Source: an uncultured delta proteobacterium (GTDB taxonomy: Bacteria > Desulfobacterota > Desulfobaccia > Desulfobaccales > 0-14-0-80-60-11). From it: a stretch of 64,000 nt of DNA. The notes beneath the pieces are model-generated. The model searched no databases, was not told the origin of the DNA, and saw only the letters and a program-made list of their open reading frames with translations. The position numbers and the translations under genes were made by a program. Numbering within the stretch: the stretch's first letter is position 1; every line of letters begins with the position of its first letter. Shown piece after piece: positions 38,654 to 48,423 of the stretch. Location of the stretch: the NCBI GenBank assembly GCA_963812015.1, contig CAWETI010000003.1, positions 1,536,001 to 1,600,000 of the forward strand, given 5' to 3'.

Positions 38654-39184
38654 CTAGTAGCCATCGGGAGTTTGATGGGAAGGGGGCCAAGGCCGCTTAA
38701 GCCCTTACCCCCTTTCTGCTCACCTCCTCCGCCAACTCAATCAGAACTAGCGGGCGGTACCGCCTTCCGCAGGTAGCTGGGGTGAAATCTCCGACGGCTT
38801 CCACGCCGGCTCCGCCCTTCCCGGCCTCTAGGCAAAAAAGGGAAAAACCCGAGATTTTGCCAGCAGGCGCAAGCTCCCATCCCGCCAACTCCACTTACTG
38901 CCAGGGAGACTGCCCCGGCGATTCACCCCCAGCGGCTCTCCCGGACCCAGGTCGAGCTTGTAATCCTTTTGTGCTTCATTTATGGTTTAACATCGACGGC
39001 AGGCCACTCCTCCTCCGGCGCCATTCAGCTGATGGGCGCTCATACCCCGTTGCCGTCAAAAAGTGATCGCCTTGTAGGGGCCTGATGAATCACGCCCCCA
39101 GGCGCAATCAATTGCGGCCTTACAGTGAAATCCTGGCTGAGAACCCTTTACCCGACAACCTGACGCAGTTGTGAGACTGACCTT

Positions 39185-40603
39185 ATGCCCAAAGTTAGCA
39201 GCCGTTTTGCCGCGGCCGAAGCCCCTACTCCGGTGGGCTACACCCCCCCGGCCAACCCCGAGGCCGAGCAATCGGTGCTGGGGGCCATTCTGGTGCGGCC
39301 AGAGGCCATGGACCGGATCGCCGACCTGATTGCCCCCGAGGATTTCTACCGGGAGGCCCACGGCCGCATCTACAAGGCCATGCTGGACCTCTACGGCCGG
39401 GGTGAGCCGGTTGACCTGGTGACGGTCAGCGCCCTGTTGAAAGAACGGGGCCAATTGGAGGGGGTGGGGGGGCCGGTGTTCCTGGCCGGCCTCAGCGAGC
39501 AGGTGGGGTTCGCCACCAACGCCGAATACTACGCCAGCCTGGTGCGGGATAAAGCGGTGTTGCGGCGCCTGCTGGACTGTGCCCAGGAGATCGCCTCCGC
39601 CTGCCTGGCCCCGGTGGAGAATGTCGCCGAGTTTCTGGACCGGGCCGAACACAAGGTCTTCCAGGTGGCCGAAGCCAAGGTGCGACCGGGGTTTTCCCCC
39701 TTGAGCGCCCTGGTGGACAACGAGATTGCCACCCTGGAGGCCATCTGGGGGCGCAAAGACGGCTCCCTCACCGGGGTGTCCAGCGGCTTCACCGACCTGG
39801 ACAATTATACCGCCGGTTTCCAGGCCAGCGACCTGATCATCCTGGCGGCCCGCCCCAGCATGGGCAAAACCGCCCTGGCCCTGAACATCGCTTTTAACGC
39901 GGCCTACGGCGGGCCCCCGGAAAAGCCCCATTCCCGGCAGACGCCGGTGCCGGTCGCCTTCTTCTCCCTGGAGATGTCCAAGGAACAATTGGTCCGCCGC
40001 CTGCTCAGCAGCATCGGCAAGGTGGACGCCTCCCAGATTCGCCGGGCCACCTTCCTCACCGGCCCGGAGTGGACCAAACTCCAGGAAGCCGCGGGGATTC
40101 TGGTGGATTGCCCCATCTATATCGACGATACCCCCGCCGCCACCGTCCTGGACATCCGGGCTAAATCCCGGCGCCTCAAGGCGGACGGCAAGTTGGGGAT
40201 GGTCATTATCGACTATCTCCAGCTCATGCAGGGGCGGCCCGAACTGAACAGCCGGGAGCAGCAGATCTCCGAGATCTCCCGCTCCCTGAAAGGGCTGGCC
40301 AAAGAACTGGCCGTGCCGGTGATGGCCCTGTCCCAGCTCAGCCGCGAGCCGGAGAAGCGGGAACGAAAACGGCCCCAACTGTCGGACTTGCGGGAATCCG
40401 GGGCCATCGAACAAGACGCCGATGTGGTCATATTCATTTACCGTGAGGAGGTCTATACCAAGGACGAGAAACACAAGGGGGTCGCCGAAGTCATCTTCGG
40501 CAAACAGCGTAACGGGCCTATCGGCACGGTAAAGTTGGCCTTTCGGGACCGCTTCACCCGCTTCGATGATCTGGAAAGGGACGAGGCCCCCGGGGGTTAT
40601 TGA
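39185..40603 (+). CDS. dnaB: Replicative DNA helicase
   Basis: EAEQSVLG, AARPSMGKT, FSLEM, IDYLQL, LSQLSR, DLRESGAIEQDAD, KQRNGP. Confidence 0.97.
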   Translation: MPKVSSRFAAAEAPTPVGYTPPANPEAEQSVLGAILVRPEAMDRIADLIAPEDFYREAHGRIYKAMLDLYGRGEPVDLVTVSALLKERGQLEGVGGPVFLAGLSEQVGFATNAEYYASLVRDKAVLRRLLDCAQEIASACLAPVENVAEFLDRAEHKVFQVAEAKVRPGFSPLSALVDNEIATLEAIWGRKDGSLTGVSSGFTDLDNYTAGFQASDLIILAARPSMGKTALALNIAFNAAYGGPPEKPHSRQTPVPVAFFSLEMSKEQLVRRLLSSIGKVDASQIRRATFLTGPEWTKLQEAAGILVDCPIYIDDTPAATVLDIRAKSRRLKADGKLGMVIIDYLQLMQGRPELNSREQQISEISRSLKGLAKELAVPVMALSQLSREPEKRERKRPQLSDLRESGAIEQDADVVIFIYREEVYTKDEKHKGVAEVIFGKQRNGPIGTVKLAFRDRFTRFDDLERDEAPGGY

Positions 40604-40747
40604 CAAGCCCGGGATGGGCCGGGGTTCCTCAACCCTGATCCATCCCGTCAAATTTCCCGGTCCCGTCCCTGAGGGGCGGGGTAGGGGAGGGGCCCAAAGG
40701 TGTCATGGATGACGCCCTTGGGCCCGGCTTTTTTCTGGTTAGGTGGC

Positions 40748-41149
40748 TTAGCCCACCTTCACTTCGATCTTCCGGGGTTTGGCCTTCTCCACTTTGTGCA
40801 TCACCAGGCGCAACACCCCGTCCTTCATGGTGGCCTCGATCTTGCTCTGATCGATGAGGCTCCCCAGGTGGAAATCCCGCTGGAAGTCGCCGATGTAGTA
40901 TTCATGGTCCACCATGGCCTCCCCGGGACCCACGGGCGGGCCGACTTCCCCGTAAATGGTGAGATAATTCTCCTTGAGGTCCAGGGTCACTGTATCACCG
41001 GAGACCCCCGGCATATCGGCCACCAGAACCAGGGTCTCCGGGGTCTCGAAAATATCTACCCCCGGGACAAAAACCCGGCCGGGCCGGACCCGTTCCCCTT
41101 TGGCCGGAGCCTCTTCTTTGACTTTGGCTTGCAGTTCTTTGTCAGTCAT
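40748..41149 (-). CDS. Hsp20/alpha-crystallin family protein
   Basis: PGVDIFET, ADMPGV, FQRDF, DGVL, KPRKIEV. Confidence 0.9.
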   Translation of the reverse strand: MTDKELQAKVKEEAPAKGERVRPGRVFVPGVDIFETPETLVLVADMPGVSGDTVTLDLKENYLTIYGEVGPPVGPGEAMVDHEYYIGDFQRDFHLGSLIDQSKIEATMKDGVLRLVMHKVEKAKPRKIEVKVG

Positions 41150-41162
41150 GAACGGGCCTCCT

Positions 41163-41612
41163 TTAAGCAACCTTTACTTCGATTTTGCGCGGTTTGACTT
41201 CTTCCGGCTTGGCCATCTTGATGGTCAGGATGCCGTCTTTGCAAGTGGCTTCCACGTTACCCCCCTGAACCATCGCCGGTAAGGCCACAATCCGCCGGAA
41301 AAACCCGGATTCCCGTTCCCGCCGGTGGTAATTGACCTGCTTTTCTTCCGCCGCGATCTTGCGTTCGCCCCGCAGAATCAGGCTATTATCCTGCAAGGTG
41401 ATCTCCAGATCCTCCGCCTTGACGCCGGGCAGCTCGGCCCGGATGTAGAGGTAATCCCGGTCTTCGGAGATGTTCACCAGGGGATATACCCCCACCGGCC
41501 ACGGACGCCCTTCCGTGCCGTAACTTTGTTGAAAGAGGCGGTCCATGCGGCGTTGCAGCTGTTCCAGTTCCCCCAGAGGATTCCTCCCCGGTTCCCTGAA
41601 AAAAATCGGCAT
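41163..41612 (-). CDS. Hsp20/alpha-crystallin family protein
   Basis: YPLVNISED, AELPGV, RRERESGFFRR, DGIL, KPRKIEV. Confidence 0.9.
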   Translation of the reverse strand: MPIFFREPGRNPLGELEQLQRRMDRLFQQSYGTEGRPWPVGVYPLVNISEDRDYLYIRAELPGVKAEDLEITLQDNSLILRGERKIAAEEKQVNYHRRERESGFFRRIVALPAMVQGGNVEATCKDGILTIKMAKPEEVKPRKIEVKVA

Positions 41613-41772
41613 GCTCGTCTTCCTCCGTAATATGTGAGATTCTCAAGTTTTTTTGCTGTTAACTAAGGTTAAACTAAACACTTCCTCCGTGCCGGTCAAG
41701 GGCCTTACCGGTTGATAATGAGGAAATATTCGGATACATAGAGTCAGCAATCTCACCGAGAAAGGAACCCCG

Positions 41773-42426
41773 ATGGGTTTTCCCTGGGACGACATAACCT
41801 GGGTGCTCCTGGACATGGACGGCACCCTGCTGGACAAGCATTTCGACGATTATTTTTGGGAGACCCTGGTGCCGCAAGAGTACGCCCGGCGGCAGGGCAT
41901 GGACCTGGCCCTGGCCCGGGACCTGGTGTTCGCTCGCTATCAGAGTGAGGAAGGCACCCTCAACTGGACGGACATCGATTTCTGGTCCCGGGAGCTGGAC
42001 CTGGATATCCCGGCCTTAAAGGAGGGCATCCGCCACCTCATCGAGGTGCACCCGGACACGGAAGATTTTCTCAACTTCCTGAGAATGAAAGAAAAACGGG
42101 TGGCCCTGGTGACCAACGCCCACTACAAGACCTTGAGCCTCAAGATGAACCACACCGGGCTGTTGGGCTACTTCGACGAAGTTATTTCTTCCTTCGACCT
42201 GGGCAACCCCAAAGAAGATCTGCGCTTCTGGGAGATCCTCCAGGATCGCCTCCACTTTGACCCCAGCCGGGCCCTGCTGGTGGACGACAACGCCGACGCC
42301 CTGGCCGCAGCCCGAACCTTCGGCATCAAATACCCCTACTTCAAGGCCAAATCCAGCTCCCGCCAGGAGAGCGAATCCCACCCGGACTTCCCCTCCATCG
42401 AAAGCTTTGATGAGCTGATGGGCTGA
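41773..42426 (+). CDS. HAD-family hydrolase, YrfG (GMP/IMP nucleotidase)-like
   Basis: LLDMDGTLLDKHFDDYFW, GTLNW, VTNAH, VDDN. Confidence 0.85.
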   Translation: MGFPWDDITWVLLDMDGTLLDKHFDDYFWETLVPQEYARRQGMDLALARDLVFARYQSEEGTLNWTDIDFWSRELDLDIPALKEGIRHLIEVHPDTEDFLNFLRMKEKRVALVTNAHYKTLSLKMNHTGLLGYFDEVISSFDLGNPKEDLRFWEILQDRLHFDPSRALLVDDNADALAAARTFGIKYPYFKAKSSSRQESESHPDFPSIESFDELMG

Positions 42427-42431
42427 AAATA

Positions 42432-42628
42432 TTGAAGGGAGGGCCAGGGGACGCCCTTACGAAAAACCCCCCGCCCTCCCCTCAAACTCCCCTCCCACCC
42501 CCCTGTAAGGGGTGGGGTAAGGGGGGGCCGCCAGCCCCGCCTCAGTTTATCTTTTAGCCACCCTTAAGGGATTGGGGAGGGGGTTTGGGGGAGGGGTAAG
42601 GGCTTCTGCCCTTAGCCCCTCCCCCAAA
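42432..42628. repeat. Triple-hairpin repeat family A, intergenic copy
   Basis: 45/46-nt identity with the lpxB insert; lies between convergent genes. Confidence 0.85.
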
Positions 42629-42630
42629 GT

Positions 42631-43881
42631 CTACGCTGCTTCCCGCCTTATCCGCGCCCCTAATGCTGACAGTTTTTCCACCAGTTGGGCGTAGCCCCGG
42701 TCCAGGTGGTAGACCCGGAGGACTTCAGTGGTGCCGGCCGCAGCCAGGCCGGCGATGACCAGGGAGGCGCTGGCCCTGAGGTCCGTGGCCATCACCGGGG
42801 CGCCGTGAAGTTGGCGTCGTTCCCGGACAATGGCGAGGTTGCCGGACACGGAGATATCCGCGCCCAGGCGCCGCAGTTCGCTGACGTGCATGAAGCGGTT
42901 CTCGAAAATGGTTTCGGTGATGACGCTGGCCCCTTTGGCCAGGGACATCAGGGCCATGAACTGGGCCTGCATGTCCGTGGGAAAGCCGGGGTATGGCCGG
43001 GTCTTGACGTCCACGCCGATGAGGGACCCCCCCGGCTCCACCATGATCCGGTCACCGGTGGTGCTGAGGCGCACCCCGGCTTCGTGGAACTTTTCCAGCA
43101 CCGCCGCCATGTAAGGCACCGGCGCGTTGGTGATGGTGACCTGGCCCTTGGTGATGGCCGCGGCCGCGAGATACGTCCCCGCCTCGATGCGGTCGCTCAT
43201 GATGGTATAGGAGGCCGGGGTCAGGGCCTGCACCCCATGGATGGTGAGGACGTCGGTGCCGATGCCTTCGATCTGAGCCCCCATGGCCGTGAGGAACCGG
43301 GCCAGGTCCGTCACTTCGGGCTCCTGGGCGGCGTTGACGATTCTCGTGGTCCCCTTGGCCAGGGTGGCGGCCATCATCAGGTTTTCGGTGCCGGTGACCG
43401 TGGGCAGGTCCAGGGTGATGTCGGCGCCGTGCAGCCGTTTGGCCTTGGCCTCCACATAGCCCTGGTTCAGGGTGATCTTCACCCCCATGGCCTCCAGACC
43501 CTTTAAGTGCTGGTCGATGGGCCGGGCCCCGATGGCGCAGCCGCCGGGCAGCGAGACGCTGGCCTGCCGGGCCCGGGCCACCAGGGGCCCCAGGACCAGG
43601 ACCGCGGCCCGCATGGTCTTGACCGTCTCGTAGGGGGCCATCCAGCCGGTGAGGCGGGTGGAATCCACCACCAGGGGCTCGCCGTCTTCAAACTGCACCC
43701 CCATGAGGCCCAGGAGCCGTTTGGTGGTGCGGATATCAGCCAGGGGCGGCACGTTGGCGAGCCGGTGCACCCCCGGGGCCAGCAAAGTGGCGGCGATGAT
43801 GGGCAGGGCGGCGTTCTTGGCCCCGCTGATGGAAACTTCCCCCGAAAGCGCCACTCCGCCTTCAATGACGATTTTGTCCAT
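42631..43881 (-). CDS. murA: UDP-N-acetylglucosamine 1-carboxyvinyltransferase
   Basis: [50 protein letters not shown]. Confidence 0.98.
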   Translation of the reverse strand: MDKIVIEGGVALSGEVSISGAKNAALPIIAATLLAPGVHRLANVPPLADIRTTKRLLGLMGVQFEDGEPLVVDSTRLTGWMAPYETVKTMRAAVLVLGPLVARARQASVSLPGGCAIGARPIDQHLKGLEAMGVKITLNQGYVEAKAKRLHGADITLDLPTVTGTENLMMAATLAKGTTRIVNAAQEPEVTDLARFLTAMGAQIEGIGTDVLTIHGVQALTPASYTIMSDRIEAGTYLAAAAITKGQVTITNAPVPYMAAVLEKFHEAGVRLSTTGDRIMVEPGGSLIGVDVKTRPYPGFPTDMQAQFMALMSLAKGASVITETIFENRFMHVSELRRLGADISVSGNLAIVRERRQLHGAPVMATDLRASASLVIAGLAAAGTTEVLRVYHLDRGYAQLVEKLSALGARIRREAA

Positions 43882-43893
43882 TCAATCTTTCCG

Positions 43894-43960
43894 TGTAGGG
43901 TGGGCGCCGCCCACCATCCCGAGATTTTTTGAAAATATGGTGGGCAATGCCCACCCCACA
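43894..43960. repeat. GTAG-type REP doublet (REPIN-like)
   Basis: GTAGGGTGGGCGCCGCCCACCA ... TGGTGGGCAATGCCCACCCCAC, inverted pair. Confidence 0.7.
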
Positions 43961-43965
43961 TTTTC

Positions 43966-44907
43966 TTATGATGGAGAATCTTCGGCCAAAAGCTCCAAGA
44001 GGCTGGGTGCCAACACTTCCCGACTGAACAGTTTGATCCGTTTTTCCGCCAGCCGGACGTACTCCGCCTCGATCTCGCAGCCGATGTAGTGCCGGTTCCC
44101 CTGGAGCGCGGCGATGGCCGTCTGCCCGCTGCCCATGAAGGGGTCCATGACCACGTCGCCCTCATAGGTATAGAGCTGGATGAGGCGGTAGGGCAGGGCC
44201 ACCGGGAAGGGTGCCGGATGACCGATGCTTCGGGCCGACACCGCCGGGAAGGTCCAGACGCTCTTGGTGAGTTCCAGGAACTCCTCCCGGGAGATGGTGG
44301 CCCGGTTTTTTGCCGGGTTTTTCCGGGAAAATCCGGCCTTAGAGAAGATCAGGATGTATTCGTGCACGTCCCGGAGGGTCGGGTTGGCCGGCGACCGCCA
44401 GCTCCCCCAGGCGGTGGACGGGGAGGCGCTGGCGGCCTTGTTCCAGATAATCTCCCCCCGCATGAGAAAGCCCATCTCCACCATGCCCTGAATAATATAG
44501 GCGTGCAGCGGGATATACGGTTTGCGGCCCAAATTAGCGATGTTGATACAGGCCCGGCCCCCGGGCACCAGAACCCGGTGGACTTCTCGCCACACCTTAA
44601 TGAGAAATTCGAGATACTCTTCTAAGGTAAGATCTTCGTCGTAGTCCTTGCCCACGTTATACGGCGGCGACGTCACCATCAGGTGGACGCTGTTATCCGG
44701 GATTTCTGCCATGGCCTCGGACGATTTCACCTGGATGGTGTTCAGGTATTCCGGCGGGATGGGATTCTCGATGTAGTCGCAGGCGACGGCCGGGGGAACC
44801 TGGGAGTAAAGTTTGCCGGCATAGAAGGCCGAGGCATCGTGGGATATTCTTCCCGAGGTGCCAAAGGCGCTGGTCCGGGTCTTCTTTTTGGCGGGATTAT
44901 TTTTCAT
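43966..44907 (-). CDS. Site-specific DNA methyltransferase (beta class, N4-C/N6-A), apparently orphan
   Basis: TSPPY before HPAPFP and DPFMGSG; no adjacent endonuclease gene. Confidence 0.9.
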   Translation of the reverse strand: MKNNPAKKKTRTSAFGTSGRISHDASAFYAGKLYSQVPPAVACDYIENPIPPEYLNTIQVKSSEAMAEIPDNSVHLMVTSPPYNVGKDYDEDLTLEEYLEFLIKVWREVHRVLVPGGRACINIANLGRKPYIPLHAYIIQGMVEMGFLMRGEIIWNKAASASPSTAWGSWRSPANPTLRDVHEYILIFSKAGFSRKNPAKNRATISREEFLELTKSVWTFPAVSARSIGHPAPFPVALPYRLIQLYTYEGDVVMDPFMGSGQTAIAALQGNRHYIGCEIEAEYVRLAEKRIKLFSREVLAPSLLELLAEDSPS

Positions 44908-45014
44908 CTACCGGGGGCGCCCCCATGTCCCTGATTTTACCTTGGTTTATCCGGGCCCTGTATGGTAGGATAATACATTGGGAAACGTAAGGCAAGGAAA
45001 GGAAATTTGCATAT

Positions 45015-45659
45015 ATGGATTGGTGGTTGTTGGCCGGGGTGCCCGTCACGTCGTTCATCGTGGCCCTTTCCGGGGCCCTGATGCCCGGCCCGCTGTTGAC
45101 CCTCACCGTGAGCGAGGCGGCCCGCCGGGGCTTCTGGGCCGGCCCCCTGATCATCGTGGGCCACGCCCTGCTGGAACTGGCCCTGGTCCTACTACTCCTG
45201 GCCGGGCTGGGGGTCTGGCTGCACCGCCCGCTGGTCTTGGGCCTGGTGGGGGTGTTGGGCGCCGCCATGCTGGGGTGGATGGGCCTGGGCCTGCTCAAGG
45301 CCTCCCGTCACAGCCACCTGCAATTCGACCCCAAGGGTGACTCGGGCCTAAACCCCATCGTGGCCGGGGTGCTGATGAGCGCCGCCAACCCTTACTGGCT
45401 GATCTGGTGGCTCACCATCGGCCTGGGCTACGTCATGTTTTCCATGAAATACGGCTGGCTGGGCGTGGGCCTCTTCTTCATCGGCCACATCCTGGCCGAC
45501 TTCGCCTGGTACACCCTGGTGTCCGGGGCGGTGTCCCAGGGGCGAAGGTTCATTTCCGATGGCCTCTACCGCGGTTTTTTGGCGGGATGCGGCGTCTTTC
45601 TCTTCGGCTTCGGAGGCTACTTCGCCGTCCAGGGTGTGAACTTTCTGCTTAATGTTTAA
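45015..45659 (+). CDS. LysE family transporter
   Basis: SGALMPGP, GHALLE, NPYWLIWW, GHILAD. Confidence 0.9.
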   Translation: MDWWLLAGVPVTSFIVALSGALMPGPLLTLTVSEAARRGFWAGPLIIVGHALLELALVLLLLAGLGVWLHRPLVLGLVGVLGAAMLGWMGLGLLKASRHSHLQFDPKGDSGLNPIVAGVLMSAANPYWLIWWLTIGLGYVMFSMKYGWLGVGLFFIGHILADFAWYTLVSGAVSQGRRFISDGLYRGFLAGCGVFLFGFGGYFAVQGVNFLLNV

Positions 45660-45736
45660 ATTGTCGGGGCGGGCCTCAGTGTCCGCTCTGTTTGAGGGCG
45701 CCCACCCAGGCGCGCCCCTCCAGGGAGCAGCCATCA

Positions 45737-46360
45737 ATGATCCAAAAAGCGCTAACCGTGGGTTTGCTGGAAGTGAATTGTTATATCCTGGGCGACGAGG
45801 AGACCCGGGAAGCCGTGGTTATCGATCCGGGGGGAGACGAAGACGAGATTCTCGACACCTTGAACCGTAACAATTTCCAATTGAAGCTGATCATCGACAC
45901 CCACGGCCATTTCGACCATGTGGACGCCAACCAGCCGCTCAAAGAAGCCACGGGGGCGAAGATCGCCATTCACGAAGCCGATGGCCAGATGCTGCACAAA
46001 CCTTCGGCGGAGGCCATGTTTTTCACCGGTAACCGCCTGCGCCTGTCCCAACCGGATATCCTGCTGAAAGAGAACGATATCCTCACCTTCGGGCAGTACC
46101 GACTGAAGGTCCTCCATACCCCGGGACATACCCCGGGGGGCATCAGCCTGGTGCTGGAAGACCACCCGTATGTCTACGTGGGCGACCTGCTCTTTGCCGG
46201 CTCCATCGGCCGCACCGATTTTCCCGGCGGCAGCTACGACGACCTGATCAACGCGGTGAAAACCAAGATCTTCCCCCTGGGGGATAACTACACCGTCTAC
46301 CCCGGCCACGGCCCCGTAACCACCGTAGCCCAGGAACGCAAGTATAACCCGTTTTTCTAG
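45737..46360 (+). CDS. MBL-fold metallo-hydrolase (glyoxalase II-like)
   Basis: THGHFDH, HTPGHTPG, GDLLF, IGRTD, PGHG. Confidence 0.93.
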   Translation: MIQKALTVGLLEVNCYILGDEETREAVVIDPGGDEDEILDTLNRNNFQLKLIIDTHGHFDHVDANQPLKEATGAKIAIHEADGQMLHKPSAEAMFFTGNRLRLSQPDILLKENDILTFGQYRLKVLHTPGHTPGGISLVLEDHPYVYVGDLLFAGSIGRTDFPGGSYDDLINAVKTKIFPLGDNYTVYPGHGPVTTVAQERKYNPFF

Positions 46361-46497
46361 GGGAGGGGGCCAGGGGCTTTTTCGTAAGCGGCCCCTGCCC
46401 CCTCCCCTAAGACCCCTCCCCCAACCCCTTACAGGGGGTTGGGAGGGAGGCCCGGAGGGAGGGCGGGGGAATTGACTCCCCCCGGCCCTCCCTCCGG
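46361..46497. repeat. Triple-hairpin repeat family A, intergenic copy
   Basis: Same architecture and CTTTTTCGTAAG loop as the lpxB insert; CCCCTTACAGGGGG middle hairpin. Confidence 0.75.
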
Positions 46498-46511
46498 AAA
46501 AGGTTCTTCTT

Positions 46512-47732
46512 ATGACTTTCTCTGGTAAGCGCATCTTATTAGGGGTGACGGGCGGCATTGCGGCGTACAAGGCGGCGGAGGTGGCCCGGCGGCTCATCGG
46601 TTGCGGCGCCCTGGTCAAGGTGGTGATGACCCGGTCGGCCCAGGAGTTCGTGGGCCCGTTGACGTTTGCGGCTCTGACTGGAGAGCAGGTGGGGACCGGG
46701 CTCTGGGGAGCCGGCAGCGAGCCGTTGGAGCACGTGGCCCTGGGGCAGGAGGTGGACGCTATCGTGGTGGCCCCGGCCACCGCCAATTTCATCGGCAAGG
46801 TGGCTTCGGGGATCGGGGACGATTTGCTCACCACCATCATGTTGGCGTCCACCCGGCCGGTGCTGATCTGCCCGGCCATGAACGTCGAGATGTGGGCCAA
46901 CCTGGTGGTCCAGGGGAATCTGGCCCGGCTCAAAGGCCGGGGTCTGATGGTGATGGAGCCGGCCGCCGGTCCCCTGGCATGCGGGGCAGTGGGACTGGGC
47001 CGCATGCCGGAGCCCGACCAGGTGGTGGAAGCCTGCGCCCGCCTTCTTAGTTCCCAAGATCTGGAGGGGCGAAGGATTTTGGTTACGGCCGGGCCCACCC
47101 ATGAAGATTTCGACCCGGTGCGGTTTTTAACCAACCGTTCCAGCGGCAAGCAGGGCTATGCCCTGGCCCGGGTGGCTTGGCGACGGGGCGCGGCGGTCAC
47201 CCTGGTGAGCGGTCCTACCAGCCTGCCGGCGCCTTACGGGGTGCACCTGGTCCAGGTCCGCTCCGCCCGGGACATGCAGGTCGCGGTGGTTGAGGCCTTC
47301 CCGGAAGCCGACGCCCTCTTGATGGCCGCGGCGGTGAGCGACTACCGGCCCACCCAGGCGGAAATCCGGAAGATCAAGCGGGCCTATGAGGAGATGCAGT
47401 TTCATCTCACCCAGAACCCCGACATCCTGAAGCAGGTGGCCCCGCTAAAAAACCGGCAGATCGTGGTGGGGTTCGCGGCCGAGACCCATGATATCGAGGC
47501 CGAGGCCCGCCGCAAGATGCGGGAAAAGCACCTGGACCTCATTGTGGCCAACGACGTCAACCGGCCGGATTCCGGGTTCCAGGTGGACACCAACGAAGTC
47601 ACCCTCATGCCCCGGGAAGGCGAGGCGCTGCCTCTGCCCCTGTTGAGCAAGGAGGAGGTGGCGGCAAAGATTCTGGACCGGGTGGTGGACCTGTTGAACG
47701 CCCGGGACCGGGGGCTTGACAAAGATGCCTGA
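46512..47732 (+). CDS. coaBC: Phosphopantothenoylcysteine decarboxylase / ligase
   Basis: GGIAAYK, APATAN, PAMN, DPVRFLTNRSSGK, AAVSD, GFAAET. Confidence 0.96.
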   Translation: MTFSGKRILLGVTGGIAAYKAAEVARRLIGCGALVKVVMTRSAQEFVGPLTFAALTGEQVGTGLWGAGSEPLEHVALGQEVDAIVVAPATANFIGKVASGIGDDLLTTIMLASTRPVLICPAMNVEMWANLVVQGNLARLKGRGLMVMEPAAGPLACGAVGLGRMPEPDQVVEACARLLSSQDLEGRRILVTAGPTHEDFDPVRFLTNRSSGKQGYALARVAWRRGAAVTLVSGPTSLPAPYGVHLVQVRSARDMQVAVVEAFPEADALLMAAAVSDYRPTQAEIRKIKRAYEEMQFHLTQNPDILKQVAPLKNRQIVVGFAAETHDIEAEARRKMREKHLDLIVANDVNRPDSGFQVDTNEVTLMPREGEALPLPLLSKEEVAAKILDRVVDLLNARDRGLDKDA

Positions 47733-48423
47733 AGACCCGGTCAAGGAACTGGCGGAATTGGTGGACAATCTGTCCGGCTGGCTCCGCTATCAACGGCGTC
47801 TGGGATGGCGGGGCCTGCCGGGGAAGGTTGTGGCTCAAATTAAAGACAGTGAGCAGCCGTATGAAAAAACCCTGGAGGAGATTCGGGCCGAGATGGGGGA
47901 GTGCCGCCGGTGCAAGCTGTATGCCGGCCGCACCCATCTGGTATTCGGCGACGGGGCCTCCGACGCCCGGCTGATGTTCGTGGGGGAGGCCCCGGGGGCC
48001 GACGAGGACGCCCAGGGAGTGCCCTTTGTGGGGGCCGCGGGAAAACTCTTGAACAATATGCTCGACAAGCTGGGCCTGCGCCGGGAAGAGGTCTACATCG
48101 CCAATATCGTCAAGAGCCGGCCCCCGGGAAACCGGGACCCCGAGGCCGACGAAATTGCCGCCTGCCTGCCTTTCCTGGAAAAGCAGATCAAGGCCATCCG
48201 GCCAAGGGTGATTGTCACCCTGGGGCGCATTGCCACCCACGCCTTGTTGGGCACCAAGGAACCTCTGACCCGGTTGCGGGGAAACTGGCAACGGTACCAT
48301 GACATCCGGGTGATGCCCACGTTTCACCCCTCTTACCTGCTGCGGGCCCCCCAGGAGCGGCGTAAAACCTGGGACGACATGCAGCAGGTCATGGAATATC
48401 TGGCGGCGCATGAAGAAAATTAA
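47725..48423 (+). CDS. Uracil-DNA glycosylase, family 4
   Basis: CRRC, VGEAPG, PFVG, RPPGNR, TFHPSYLLR. Confidence 0.93.
   Translation: MPEDPVKELAELVDNLSGWLRYQRRLGWRGLPGKVVAQIKDSEQPYEKTLEEIRAEMGECRRCKLYAGRTHLVFGDGASDARLMFVGEAPGADEDAQGVPFVGAAGKLLNNMLDKLGLRREEVYIANIVKSRPPGNRDPEADEIAACLPFLEKQIKAIRPRVIVTLGRIATHALLGTKEPLTRLRGNWQRYHDIRVMPTFHPSYLLRAPQERRKTWDDMQQVMEYLAAHEEN

Noticed and set aside
38745..38950. ydaO-like words (GGGGGTGAATC, CAGCTA) on the minus strand
   Set aside because: The 5' motif is missing, the spacing is wrong and there is no downstream gene on that strand.
39185..40603. Intein in dnaB
   Set aside because: Normal length; only a short Pro-rich loop insertion (GGPPEKPHSRQTP), with no intein motifs.
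41613..41772. CIRCE or HAIR heat-shock operator upstream of the Hsp20 pair (also checked before Hsp20-lon)
   Set aside because: No TTAGCACTC-N9-GAGTGCTAA or CTTGAGT-N7-ACTCAAG match.
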